64,000 nucleotides of DNA from Cyanophora paradoxa CCMP329 (taxonomy: Eukaryota > Plantae > Glaucophyta): contig QPMI01000062.1 of NCBI GenBank assembly GCA_004431415.1, forward strand, positions 248,001 through 312,000, read 5' to 3'. Positions 1-12,778 of the stretch are shown piece after piece. The notes under the pieces were generated by a model. It had not been told where the DNA came from. It did not search any database and saw only the letters and a list, made by a program, of their open reading frames with translations. The translations under genes and the position numbers were made by a program. Position 1 is the first letter of the stretch, and each line of letters opens with the position of its first letter.

Positions 1-657
1 GTCTTTCTCTAGGTCTCCTCTCCACCCCGGACCCCTCCGTGTATCGTTAGAGCCCCGTGTTTCGAACTAGCCTTGTACAACTGAGATTGTTGCCGATATC
101 GATATCGATAATTCTGATCAAACGAAAATCCTGCGACTAAAATTATGCGATGTTCAAGAGCCACGGTTTTCAACGGGTTGGACCGCGTGCGTGGGATGCC
201 ATGACTCAGCGATGCATGCACTGCCGCGGGCCGCACGGCTGGAGACTCTCGGACATGGCTCTGACTCTCAGTGAGACTGCGCGTACTACAACTTGCCAAG
301 TTGGCAAGGCTACCGTACGGTAGTTGGTTCATGGTGCCCGGCGGCCAGTTGACCAATGTGACACTGACAGCCAGTCGGAACAGCTGGGAAAGAAAGTTAG
401 AAAACTCGGAAGGACTATAGCTAAAGCTCAGCCCTGGCAGGGCCTACTGCCAGGCTGGTAGTGGCTTCGAATTCCGAAGCCCTTGAAGCTCGGAATTTCG
501 AAGCTTCCAAGTTCGAGAAATTGACTCAGTGACTCTCTAAACACGAAATGTACACGCTGCACTTGCAGCTGCCGCAGTGCCACGGTGCCGTAACTTGAAA
601 AGCAAATGATGGTGCACTGGGCTACGCCCCGCGGACTGCTTACAAAGCTTGGAAGCC

Positions 658-709
658 CTACCCGAACCTATATCTAGGCCTTACTACCCGAACCTATATC
701 TAGGCCTTA
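658..709. repeat. Perfect 26-bp tandem direct repeat (ctacccgaacctatatctaggcctta x2)
   Basis: Copies at 658-683 and 684-709 in the lower-GC intergenic start of the window. Confidence 0.9.
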
Positions 710-1599
710 ATTAATAATTGCTATACATTGCAAGGGGGGGTACCCCCTCCCTTGCTCCCCTGGTGAGTTGGTGCGGCGTACTTTCTGTGTTAGCAATTTT
801 TGTAAGATGCGATTCTTTGCATGCGCTCTCGTATAGGTGTGATCGCATCGTAGCCGCTGCGAGCGGCGAAAAACAATGCAAGGGCGGGGCTGCGCAAACA
901 TGTCGAAGCCGCTCCTCACCTGCTATTGCTATATGCGCCGGACCACGTGCTCCTGAATGCTCTCAATGCGCTCTACAAACTCTGTCATACATGCCTGGGC
1001 TCGAGAAGCGGCGTGTGGCGCGCTAGGCCGCCTCAAGTACCTGTTGTACCGGGCGCCGGAAAAAAGTGCTCCTGAGAGTTTCAGGCGATTGCTGGGTACA
1101 CATGCCAGAGCCCGGCCCAGAGGTCGAGGTCGCGGGGCCGAGCATCCGCATGCGGAGCGCGCGCCGGAGCGGCGCGCCCGCAACGTCGCGTTCCGGTGCG
1201 CTTCCGGCTGCGGCCTCGGCGGCGACACCTGCACCGTGCGGGAACAGCCGCGGATGCGCTCCTGGTGGCGAATGCGGGCACAGCCGCTCCTGGTGGCGGA
1301 GAGCGCCGCGAGAGTGCAGGAAGAAGGCGCCCGAGACGCCGCGACGCCGGCTGTGTGCGCGCCCGCGGCCGCGGCGTTTTGCCAACGCTCTCGGTTTCTG
1401 ATGGACTCCGATTCATGATCGAGCAGACTCCAGCTCGATGTTGTCAAGCTCTTCAAGCGCGGTTCAAGCACGGGGCGGGTCGCCACTTGCACGCCTCGGC
1501 CCACGTATGCGTGGCTTGAACCGCGGCCGGCGTTCCGTAGCAGAGTGTGGCGGCCGCGGCGTCGCAGCATTCGCAGCTGCTCCTAGTACGTCGCGTCGG

Positions 1600-2110
1600 G
1601 CTAGGCCCCGCCCCTGCGCCGCGGCTGTCCGGGGCGAGCTGACGCCTCGGCCCTGCGCAGGCTATGCGCAGGGCCGGCGCCACCTGCCCCTCCGCCCGCT
1701 TCCCCGCCCGCCGCCCTGCCGGCTGCCTCAGCGTCATCGACTCCAGGTTCGCTCCGCCGCTGCTGCCGCGCACCTGGCCCGGCCGCCCCCGCTGGGCCCC
1801 GCCCCCGCACGGCCGCTGTCCGGGGCGAGCTGACGCCTCAGCTCTGCGTATGTGCAGGCTATGCGCAGGGCCGGCGCCACTTGCCCTCCGCCCGCTTCCT
1901 CGCCCGCCGCCTCGCCGGCTGCTTCAGCGTCGTCGACTCCAGGTTCGCCCGCCGCTGCTGCCGCGCACCTGGCCGGCCGCCCCGCTGGGCCCCGCCCCGC
2001 ACGGCTGCTGTCCGGGGCGAGCTGACGCCTCAGCTCTGCGTATGTGCAGGCTATGCGCAAGGCCCGGCGCCACCTGCCCCTCCGCCCGCTTCCCCGCCCG
2101 CCGCCGCCTT
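1600..2110 (+). repeat. ~191-bp tandem repeat, ~2.5 copies; each unit resembles an intron plus an ~85-nt exon
   Basis: tgtccggggcgagctgacgcctc recurs at ~1626, ~1817 and ~2009; units contain a ctgac branch site, a cag acceptor and an ag|gttcgc donor. Confidence 0.8.
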
Positions 2111-2214
2111 CGCCTGCCTGCCTGCCTGATGCCGCCGCCCGCGACGCCACCCCACCTGCCCGCCTCGCGACCCCGCCCGCCTCGCCCGGCCGCCCGCCTT
2201 GCCTCTCTGCCCCC

Positions 2215-2252
<38 letters not shown>

Positions 2253-2546
2253 CCCTCCCACACACACACACCCTAAGTACCCTGCAATGTGTACCAGTAC
2301 CCCCCCTTGCACCTCCGCGCGCGGCCCGCACTTGCCGATCTTGCACAGGGCTGGGCGCGCGCGGTCTGCTAGTACAAGTGCCGCAGTGCCCAGTGGCAGT
2401 GCTGCCGTTTTGCGTAGCTGACATGCAAGATCTCTATACACTGATCATGATCGGGTCGCCCGGCGGCCTTGCAGGTCCAGGCTCCGGCGACCGTCGGACC
2501 TCGAGGTCCGAGGCGCCGACGATCTTGTCAAGGGGCGCCGGGGCGG

Positions 2547-5270
2547 CTACTGCGCGTGCGAGTGCGCGCCGGCTCCGTCGCCAGCCTCCGCATCGACGGC
2601 GTACTTGGCCGCCGCCCCCGCCGCCCCCGGCGTGGCCCCTGCGGGGCCCCCCACGCTCACGCCCGCTCAGGCGAGGCGAGGGGCCGGGGCGCGCTGGCGT
2701 CGGGGGGCCCGTTGATGGGGACGACGACGGCGTTGCCGCTGAGGCGGCGGTCGGGGGCGGCGGGGGCGACGAGGAGGCCGCCGTGGGTGGAGCCCTCGCG
2801 GTCGGCCTCGGCCTTCTCGAGGATCTCCTGGAACTGCTCGCTGAGCCCCCCGTGCTTGCTCCGGTCCATCCCCTCGCTCTCCATCCACGGGGGCACGCGG
2901 ATCGCCAGCGTGCACTTGGCCGCCAGGAAGACGGCCGCCGTGTTGCACAAGGCCCAAGCCGCGATCACCACCACGCCCAGGAACTGACCCGCAGGCGCCC
3001 CGCGCAGTCAGACCGCGCCCCGCCGAGGCTCGAGACCGCTGATTCAGCAGGATAGGCTGACCTGGACGCCGACCATGGCGCTGCCGCCGTAGAAGATGCC
3101 CTTGTGGCCGTCCAGGGCCGCGCCGTAGACCTCGACGACGTGCTCGGGCTTGGCGAACCAGGCGACAGTGACGAGGGCGAGCATGCCGCTGCACCCGTGC
3201 ACCGCGAACGCGTCCACCACCTGGCGGGGCGCTCGGCCGGGGCGGGGCGGGAGGGCCGGGGCGGGGCGGGGCGGACGTCGTCGACTTTGGCGCGGAGGAC
3301 GAGCTTGGAGGCGCCGAAGTAGGCCCACGAGGCGACGAATCCGGCCACGATGCCAGCCCACGGCTCGATCACCGCGCACCCCGACGTCGACACCTGCACC
3401 CGGGCCCCGCCCGCTCGCCTACCCCCGGGGGGCGAGGCGGGGGCTGGGGCGGGGGCGGGGCGGGGCGGGGCGGACGACGAGGCCGGCGAGGATGCAGTTG
3501 TTCATCTGCGGCGGGGGCGGTGAGGCGGGGTCGGGCGGGGGTCTCGGGGGGCCGCCCCGCGCCGCAGCGCGCGCACCGTGCCGAGGTCCCACACCTTCAT
3601 GAAGAGTTTGCTGCGCCCGCCCCTCAGCCCGAGGCGGAGGGGGCGAGGCGGCGGCGCGCGGCGGGGCGGGCCGGCCGGCACCTGATGAGGAGGCCCGTGC
3701 AGGCGCCCGTGCCGGCGGCGAGGGTCGTCTGGGGAGCCCCCGGCGTCACGGGCGTCACGGGCGGGGCGGGGCGGGGCGGGACGGACGACGACGGCGACGC
3801 GGCCGGCGACGACTGTGATGCGCGACGTCGCGTCGGCGCCGTGCAGCAGCAGCGTCGACCCGCAGTTGAACGCTGCGGCGGCGCCCCGCCCCGTCAGCTC
3901 CAGGGCGGGGCGGGGCGGGGCGGGGCGGGGCGGGGCGGGGCGGGGCGGGGCGGGGCGGGACCGTAGAAGCCGGTCCAGAGGATGAAGACGCCCGTCGTCT
4001 GCCACATCGCCGAGTACCTGCCCGAACGAGGCGCCCCGTCGGGGGCCGAGCCGCGGGAGGGAGGGAGGGACGACGGAGGGGGGGGCAGGGCCGCCCGCAC
4101 TGGGGGACGGCGTTGGGGCGGCGCGTCTGCGGGTCGAAGCGGCCGAGGCGAGGCCCCACGAGGATCGCCGCGGCGAGCGCCGAGAAGCCCCCGACCATGT
4201 GCACCACGCCCCCGCCGGCGAAGTCGAGCAGGCCCGAGCCGCCCAGCTTGGCCAGGTTGGCGGGGCGGAACGCGCTCAGCCAGCTGCCGCCGGCCTGCTG
4301 CTAAGCCGCGGCGGGGGACGGGAGGGGAGAAGGCGCCGGCGCGCGCGGGCACCCGGTGGGGCTCCAGACCCAGTGGACGACGACGGGGTACACCCACGCC
4401 GAGGAGAGGAAGCTGTACACGAGGTAGGCCTGCAGCCCGAGGGTCAGGGGCGCGCGCCAGGCGCAGGGCCGGGGCGGGGGCGGGGCGGGCCTCGAAGCTG
4501 ATGCGCTCGGCGACGGCGCCGGAGACGATGGTGGCGCAGGTCGCCGAGAAGGCCCACTGGAAGAACCAGAAGGCGTACGAGTCGCCCCCGCCGAACGACG
4601 TCCCCCCCGCCGCGCTGATCGCGTAGTCCCCCACGCCGCTGCCGCGGGCGAGCGCCGTCAGCCGGGCGGCGGCCGGCTCCGGGGGGGAAAGGGGCGTACA
4701 CGAAGGCGTTGCCGGCGTCCGCGGAGCCGCCGTAGGCGATGCCGTACCCCACCAGGTACCACGCGATGGAGCCCAGGGCCGCTGGGGGGAGCGTGAGGGG
4801 CTTCAACAACGCGTGGCGCATTCCCGACGCCGCAGGAGGGGCGAGGGGGCGGGGCGGGGCGCGGGGGCACCGTCGATGACGTTCTTCATGAGGACGTTGC
4901 GCAGGTTCTTGGCCCTGCCGCACGCCGTCAGGCCGCGACCGGCCGCCCGCCCCGCGGCCCCCGCGCGGCGCTTCGCCCGGAAGCTTGCGCGCGCGTGCTC
5001 ACCGCACGCAGCCGGCGGTGAGTGCCTGCAGGCCAGGGCCGGCGGTCGGTGAGGGGGCCGAGGAATCGCAGGGGAGAGCTGGGCGGGCGGGCGCGCACGC
5101 AGAATCCGGCCTGGAGGAAGAAGACGAGCATCCCGTTGAGGAGGAGCCACGCGTGGTCATCCTCCACCTCGAACCTCCCCTTCGCCGACGCCGCCGTCTG
5201 CGCCGCCGAGGCCGCCGCCTCCACCGCACTCAGCCGCTCCTCCAGGATCGAGCTCAGACACGAGATCTGG
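2547..5270 (-). CDS. AMT: Ammonium transporter (Amt/MEP family), multi-exon; start codon uncertain
   Basis: Exon peptides [79 protein letters not shown]. Confidence 0.93.
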
Positions 5271-6094
5271 CCATGGCGCGCCCAAGAGCCCCATCAGTAC
5301 CGAGCAGCGGGGAGAAGCGAACCTACGCTTAAAGCGGCGCGCGGTCGGCCACGGCTATCAAGAGCTTCCGGCGCGCGCGTTTGTTTGGGACGATCTAGAT
5401 CTAAATTGGCTGCAGCTGCTGTGGCGCCGCTCCAGTGACGATGTAACTTAGCACAGTTCCCTGCGCGCGCGCGCGCTGCAGTTGAGGCCCCCGCGTGCCC
5501 GTGCGACCAGCCTGCTCCGACCAGCGCCCTGTAGCTCAATGCGAATATATATACTGCGCACCCGCGCATCGATTGTCGGCAGCGCCGCGGCAGCGGCGAG
5601 CGTCGCCGGGCAGGACATCTAAACCAGATTTCGCTGCTGCTCGGCTGAGAGAGGTGGCGCGGCTTCTTTGCAGCAGCTCTCCCAGAGTATAACTTGCGGA
5701 GGGAGAGGCCCGGAGAGCGTAGCCTCTGCTGTCGGCTGCAGATCGGCGCACGCGCGTAACGAGCCAGCAGCAACGTTTCGCATATATAGCATCCATCGAT
5801 GCTCTGGGCATCCAGAGCATCGATGCGCAATTATCGACACGAATGGGCGGCGGCTCTCCCGCTTTTTTTCGACGCCGGGACGAGTACAGCATCATTGTCG
5901 CGGCGAGCCTTCACCTGTAGCTGACGCTCAGCTACCAGTAGCAGTGTGCTCGTATTCGCTCGGCCCAGCGCTCGTTCGTACGGCTCAAGCTCTTTCAGCT
6001 GCGGCCGAGGCATCACCTGCACCTGAGCGGCTGCATAGGGGCACCTGGCCGCACGCACCCTCCGCAGCAGCGGCCGGATCTTTCATCAGAAACC

Positions 6095-8095
6095 ATGAGC
6101 TGTGATAACACGGCGGCCGCCGAGCCCCCGAGCCCGCTGTTGGATGAGCTGCTGGTTCTCGTCTTCCAGAGCGAGCCGCTCGCGTCGGAGCCCGTGGAAA
6201 CGCGGGTTGACCTCGTTTGCAAGCAGTGGCGCCGTGTTAGACAAGAGCGGTGCGCTGCGGCCTGCAAACTCCGTCGCCCACTGGGACCTGAGTCGGACCT
6301 CGGCTGGGCACCTCTGCGCAGGTGCACGCTGAGGCTGGACGTGGCGTTGAACTCCGCACGGTTCGCTTCCGTGCACTGGTGCTTCGGCTGCCCTCCGCCG
6401 ATGGGTTCACTCAAGCTCGGCGCGGGGCGCGTGTCCGCGTGCAGCGGGGCGAGCGACGGGGATTGGCGGCGCTTCGCCGAAGACTTGGGCCTCGACGACG
6501 CCGACGCGGCGGAGCTCAGGGGCCGCGCACGCGCCGCCCTCGCGCCGGAGGCCGCCGCGGGGAGGCTCGGGGAGAGCAGCAGCGCGGGGGCGCACCGCGT
6601 GCAGCTCGTCGTGTACGGCCTCGGCTCCGAGCGGGACCTCGCCGAGCTCGCCTCGGTGCTGCGCGCCGCCCCGCCGGCCCTCACCCGCCTCCGCCTCTGG
6701 GCGCCCCTCATCGCGGCCGGCGCGCCCGAGCGCTGCGACCTGCAGCGGCTGCTCGCGCCGGCCCTCGCGGGGCCCGGGTGGACCCGCGCCTCGCCGAGCT
6801 CCACGTCTCGTGCGCCGCCGGCGCCCTCGCCCCGCGTTCCCCCACTCCGTGCGCCCGCCGCGCGCCCCGCCCGCCCAGCCGGAGCCCTCTCACGCCGAGG
6901 CCGCAGGCCCCCCTCTTCCCGGGGCTCGCCGTGCTGGGGGCGCGCCTGACGGCGCTGGAGGGCGCCGGGGCGGACCTGGAGCGGATGGCGGGCGCGCCGG
7001 CCCTGCGCGCCATCGGCGAGCTCGACCTCTTCAGCTTCGGGGGGCGCGCGGCGGACGTCGAGGGCGCCCTCCAGCACCTCGCCTCCCGCCGCCTCGCCTG
7101 CCGCTCCCTCACCCTCCCTTACATCGCCGCCTGCGACGAGCCGCTCGCGGAGCGCCTGCGGGGCGCCCTCGCGGCGGTCTTCCGCCCGCTCTGCTGCGGG
7201 GCGGGGCCGGCGCGCCTCGCCCTCGTCCCCTCGGGCCTCACCGCCCTCCCCGACTTCTGGAACGCCGTCCGCTTCGAGGGGCTCCAGGAGTGAGCGCCCC
7301 GCCCCGCCCCCCCGCCCCCCGCCGCCCCGCCGCCTCTGCCGGGCCCCGAGCCGCGCTCCGGGCGCGCGCGTGGGCAGGCTGCGGCTCGGGGTGCACGAGC
7401 TGCGGGTGCTGCGCAAGCAGCCGTCGGGCGAGGTCGTCGACCACTGCGCCGGCTCGAGCTGCGCGGCGACCCTCGCCAGCACCCTGCCCCTCCTCCGCCG
7501 CGTCGCCGGTGCCCCTTTCTTTCCCCCTCATCCGCCGCCCTGACTCGGCGGCGCGCGCGGCAGAGGAGGCGGCGGCGACGCTGCGGCGGCTCGCCATCCA
7601 CGAGCTCGACCTCGTCCGCTCCGACGCCCCCGCCGAGTCAGGCGAGGCCGCCCCGGCCCCCGCCCCCCGCCCCCCGCGTGCGAGACGAGGCGGGGCGCAG
7701 CGGAGGCGGCGGTGGAGGAGCTCGTGGCGGTGCTGAGGCGGCTCCCCGCGCTGGGCGAGCTCGAGCTCGTGCTGTGCGTCAGGGACCGCCCCCGCTGGCC
7801 CGGCCCCGCCCTCGCCCGCCTCTTCCACGAGATCGCCGGCGACGCCCGCCTGCTCCGCGCCGCCCGCCTCCGCGAGGTCCACCTCCTCAACTACCGGTAC
7901 GGCACGCCCGAGCGGCGCGCCGTCGAGGCGGCCGCCGCGCTGCTGCGCGCCCGCGAGGCCGAGGCCGACGAGGAGGCGGAGCGGGAGGCGACGGCCGGCG
8001 CCGCGGCAGCCGCCCCGGCCGCTGCCGGCCCCGGCGCCCTCGGCGATCGCCAAGGCCGGCTGCAGGCAGAGGCCCATGACCCCATGGCCCACTAG
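6095..8095 (+). CDS. F-box-like / leucine-rich hypothetical protein, multi-exon
   Basis: N-terminal LLDELLVLVF...VDLVCKQWRRV resembles an F-box; downstream Leu-rich LRR-like exons such as LRRLPALGELELVL. Confidence 0.6.
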
Positions 8096-8327
8096 TTGCG
8101 AAGTTAGAACGTCAAGGAATTCGAAGTGCACATGTACGAGCCTACTACGAGGTATTTGAAAAAGAACATCTGAAAAAGACAGTTGTACATGTATGTACAG
8201 GCCCGGCCTACGGCACAGGTGGCGAATGAAAGAAAAGCTGAAAGCAAAGAAGCCCTAGGGGGACGAGGGCGCCGGGAGGGGCCGGCGAGGGCCCGCCCTT
8301 CTCCCCGGGGCGGGTCGGGGCGCGGGC

Positions 8328-9734
8328 TCAGAGGCAGCCGCCGAAGTGGGCGATGAGCCTGGGGGCCGTCTTGCGGCGGGCGCCCGAGGCCATGAAGAGG
8401 TCGAGGGCGGAGAGGCCCCCGCCCCCGTCGGAGCAGCCCGAGTCCGAGTCCGACCCGGAGCCGAAGTCCCGCGTCCGCAGCTCCTTCGGCCCGCAGAAGC
8501 TGCCCGCAGGCCCAGGGGTCAGCTAGGCGCGGCGCGGCGACGCGGGGCGGGCGCGGGCGGGCGGGCACCGGCGGTCGATGCAGCGGCGCATCTTGTACTT
8601 CCTCGCGCGGCTCTTCAGCTGCTCGTGGCGCCCGCTCTCGACCAGGCCCGCCAGCCGCCTGTGGCCCGCCTCGCCGCCGGGGATCTGCGCGTGCGACGCG
8701 TCAGGCGCCCTCGAGCTCGAGGCGGCCCCGGGCCGCCGCCCGTCAGACCTTGGCGCCCTCCTCGGCGCTGTGGTTCTCGTCCATCGCCAGGTCGGAGACG
8801 GCGCAGTAGCCCGAGGCGTCGCGCAGGTGGCGCAGCAGCTGCTCGTCCGGCACGCGGTCGCCTGCGGCGCGGCCCGCGTGCGGGCCGTCGGCGGCGGCAG
8901 CTGCGCGCGGGAGGCGATCGATGCGCACCAGCCCCGGCGGCGGAGCGAAGCAGGACGCGCCAGGCCCACGCGATCGCGGGCCCCGGCTCACAGAACGTCA
9001 TGCTGTAGCTCCCTTCGACCTGCTTCCACTCGATCTTGACGGGCTCGCTCTCTGCGCGCGTACGCGGAGGACCCACGTCAATGCCTCGTGCATTCGCGCT
9101 TGCAAGCGGTTGCGGCGCACGTTTGTAGGTCTCAGAAAGATCGCATCGGAAAGGAATCGCCTGCGCATGGAACACATGCGCGCCTGCCCCGGTGAGCGAC
9201 TGACGGGGTTCCGCGGCGGTGGCGCCGAGAGGGAACGACCTTCATGTCTTCAGCAGCGTCGGCGAGGACGAACAGCGCCTCGTTGGCGCGCTCGTACGCG
9301 CCCGCGGGCACGCCAGATGCGCGGGAGAGCTCCAGAACCTGGATCCCGAAAAGCAACTTAGTCGGGCGCCGTGCGCGCGATCGATATCGCTTACAGCTGT
9401 AATAATTGGCTTGAACTTTTTGAAGAAGCAAACGACAGCCTCGCCCTGCTCCTCATAACCTGCGCATGCCGCGCGTCGCATGAGATGCTCTGCGCGGCCG
9501 GCCGGCCGCTGGCGCCGCGCTGTCGTACGTGCCGTCGTGCCAATCCGCGTCTACTAAGCCGGCGACTTCCTTTACTTGGCCTTTCAGGTCCTTCTTCAGC
9601 GCCTTGACGTCGGAAAGCGCCGTCCAGCACCCGTCCGACACGCCGACGACCTTCTTCGGCGCGCGGGGCTTTGATGCCGCACGCGGCCGCTTCTTGCCGG
9701 CCACAGGGACGGCGCTGGGGGCGCTGGAAGCCAT
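8328..9734 (-). CDS. Hypothetical protein, multi-exon
   Basis: ATG at 9734 (MASSAPSAVP...DADWHD), spliced exons GYEEQGE, YERANEALFVLAD, KYKMRRCIDRR, FCGPKELRTRDF; canonical introns. Confidence 0.65.
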
Positions 9735-9825
9735 CGCGCCGGTTTTTGTCAACTTTTTGTCAAGTTTTTGAATCGAGCGGGGTACAGCAGCCCGCTTGCC
9801 AATCGAGCGGCAGCTGCAGCTGCAG

Positions 9826-12444
9826 ATGCAGGGCGGCAGCGCTAGCGAGAAGCGCGGCTGGCCTGATGAATCGAGCGCAGCAGAGAGCGACCAGGCCGTC
9901 CACAAGCGCCAGCGCGCAGCCGCGCTTGCAGGGCAGCAGCCGGGGGCCGCCGAGGACCTAGGCCTGTCCGCGCTCGAGCGGCTGCCAGACGATCTGCTTA
10001 AGAGCGTCGTCGGCTTCCTGGGCGTGCGCGACGCGTGGGCTTGTCGCCTCCCGCTCGTGAGCCGGCGGCTGCGCGAGGTGCTCGCGGCCACAGAGTTCGG
10101 TGCACTCGTCGTCCGGAGAGAGCGCATCGGGTCCCATCGATTTCGCGATGTGGAGGAGGAGGAGCTGCGGGCCTGGGCGCTGCGCCTGCAGTCGGGCGCT
10201 CTCCGCCTCGCCAGCCTCGAGTTCGACCTGTGGCGCTCCGCAGTGTTCCTACAGCTGTGCGCGCTACGCCCCCTTCTTTTGTGCGGCCGCCCCTGAGTGC
10301 ACCCCTGCAGGTCCCTTCCCGGTTGGATCCACCCCTCCCTGTTGAACCCGCAGCCTGCGAAGCCCTTCTTCTCGTTCGCCTCTTCCATCCAGGGGCTTCG
10401 ACGCTTCGTCGTCTGGCACGGGTGGCCGCCTCCCCCCCCCCTCCCCCCCCCTCCCCCCCTCTCCTCCCCCCTCCCCCCTCCCGCGCTCAGCGGTACCCCC
10501 GCAGGGACGTAGTCTCCGCTGGCGAGGCGGGCCAGTCGGCGAGTGCGGCGAGTGCGGCGCGGCACGGGTACGTCGGGGCGTTGCTGGAGGCCCTGGCGCC
10601 GGTGGCGGGCACCCTCGAGGAGCTCAGCGTCCGCCTCCAGACAAGAAACCCCTGCGACCGTGACCGGCTGCCCGGTCTGCACCCCCTCCCCTCCCCCTGC
10701 CCCATGCACGCTGCCCCCTTAAGCTTTCCTGCAGAGGGGGAGGCCCGCGGGGCGATCGTGGCGGGGCTGGGGCGGCTGACGGCCCTCCGGAGCCTCGACC
10801 TCGCCGACTGCATCGGCGTCTCCGCCGAGCTCCTGAAAGAGGTTTGCGGGTTCGGCTCCCGGCGATGGCCGCCGCTCACGGGGGGCGGGTGGTGCAGCTC
10901 TGGCCGGCGCTCCGCGGGCTTCGGTCCCTCCGCATCGCGCACGCCGGGAGAGAGGAGGAGCACAGTGAAGACTACTATTACTCGGCGTCTGCCCTCGCCT
11001 CTGCCGTCGAGCGCCTGTACCCCGTCCTCGAGGTCCGCGGGACCGTCCACCCCGCCCCGAGCCCGACACCCGTTCAACTGACCCCCCCCCCTCCCCCCCC
11101 CCTCCCCTCCCTCCCCCCCGCCTCCCCTTTCGCCTCTCTTTCCAGGAGCTCCACGTGACGTTCCGCCTCTCGTACGACAATCCGGAGTACCCCCTGAGTG
11201 CGCCATCCCTGGCGGCGATCGGCCGCATGCGCGCCCTCCGCGCGCTGTCGCTCAAGGCCACTCTCGTCTCGTTCCCCGAGGCGCGCCCTCCCCGCCGCGG
11301 CCTCCTCCCGCCCTCACCCCGCCGCCAGGTCGCCTCGCCACAGTTGGAGAGCCTCGCGCTCGACTCCTGGAACCGCCGCAACGTTTACTACGGCGGCTGC
11401 ACCCTCTTCCACGACCTCTCCCGGCTCGTGCGCAACCCCCTGTACCCCCCTGAACCCTACCCCCTGTACCCCCTGAATCCCCCGTACCCCTCTCCCCCAC
11501 GGCCCCCTCCGACCGGCGCGGCAGGAGGGCCTGCGCGCCCTGACTCTCGCCGGGGACTTTCAGGACTGGGAGAACTTCGTACCCCCGGCGAAGGTGGCCT
11601 TTGCCCTCTGCGTTCGCCCGGCACCCCCTGAGGCCCCCCCTCCCGCCCCCGCGCAGCTCCGGTCCTTGACCCTCTGCCCGTGCGCCGCCCGGCTACGCCT
11701 CTCGCCTGCCCGCCACATACCCGCCGCGCCGCGCCCGGCGCTGAGGCGGGCGCTCCCGGCAGGTCTGGAGACCACACGGGCTTCGTGGACGGCGAGTACT
11801 TGCCCCCTGCCGAGGTCGCCTGCCTGCTGCCCCGCCTCGCCGCCCTCGAGCGCCTCTCCCTCCACTTCCGCTGCGACCCGCCCGCCTCCGGGGCACCCCA
11901 CCTCGAGCTCGCCGACTCGCTCGAGGCCTTCGCGGCGGCGCTGCCCTCGGCCCCCGCCCTCCGCTCCCTCTCCGTGGCCGTCTCCAACGCCTCCCCCTAT
12001 TCACGACCCCCGCCCGAGCCGCAGCCGGCCGTCTCCGCCGCTGCCGCCGCCCTCCTCACTGCCGCCAGGGTGCACTCCCCCTCCCCCTCCCGGGTCTCCT
12101 CCCCTCCCTCGCTGCGACATCCGACCGCGGCACCCCAGGACACTCTGGAGGAGTACGACCGGGAGCTGCTGTACCCCAGCGAGGAGGAGAGCGCGGCGCT
12201 GGCGGCCTGCACGCGCCTGCGGCGCGCGCTGCTGACCCTCGCGGTGCCGGCGGCGACGGCGGCCGCGGAGGGGCTCGCAGCGCTGGCCCCCCTCGCCTCC
12301 ATGGCGGCGCGCCCGGCGCCGGGCCCGGGCTCCCTCGTGCTCCTCCAGTCCTTAGGCCTAGGCCTCGAGGGCCTCCCTGTGCGGGGCAGTCTGGACTGGG
12401 GCCCCCTGCGCCCCCTCCTCGCCCCCCGCTGGCGCCTCCATTAG
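9826..12444 (+). CDS. F-box/LRR protein, copy A
   Basis: F-box LERLPDDLLKSVVGFLGVRDAWACRLPLVSRRLR followed by LRR exons (LTALRSLDLADC, MRALRALSL, LAALERLSL). Confidence 0.8.
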
Positions 12445-12539
12445 GGCCGCCCCCTCGTACCTGTCTAAACAAAATAAACTAGTACTAGACCGAACTGAAC
12501 CGAAGTCTCAGAACTGCATGTGCACGTGGCTCAGTTCGA

Positions 12540-12770
12540 CAGCAAACGACAGCCTCGCCCTGCAGCGCTAGCATGCTAGCTATAGCGCTTACGCTTCTCG
12601 TAACCTGCGCATGTGGCCAGTGCCGCGTGCGGCCTCGTAACCTGCGCATGCGCATACATGTGCACATGCGGCTGCCAGGCTGGTCGGCCAGAGGGACGCC
12701 GCTGAGGGCAATGGAAGCCGTCGCGCCTGTTTCCGAACCGAGCGGGGTACAGGAGCCCGCCAGCCAATCG
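12540..12770 (-). pseudogene. Degenerate duplicated 5' remnant of the 8328-9734 hypothetical gene
   Basis: agcaaacgacagcctcgccctgc and taacctgcgcatg match ~9427-9470; gggacg..gctg..gggc..tggaagcc and gagcggggtacag match ~9706-9790, with deletions. Confidence 0.7.
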
Positions 12771-12778
12771 AGGGGCAG

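Noticed and set aside
929-1570. Overlapping ORFs on both strands
   Set aside because: No recognisable domain and no consistent exon chain could be built
2213-2272. Poly-C/(CA)n tract (also G-runs near 44790, 56620 and 57255) read as poly-Pro/Gly coding
   Set aside because: Low-complexity intergenic or UTR homopolymers of unreliable length
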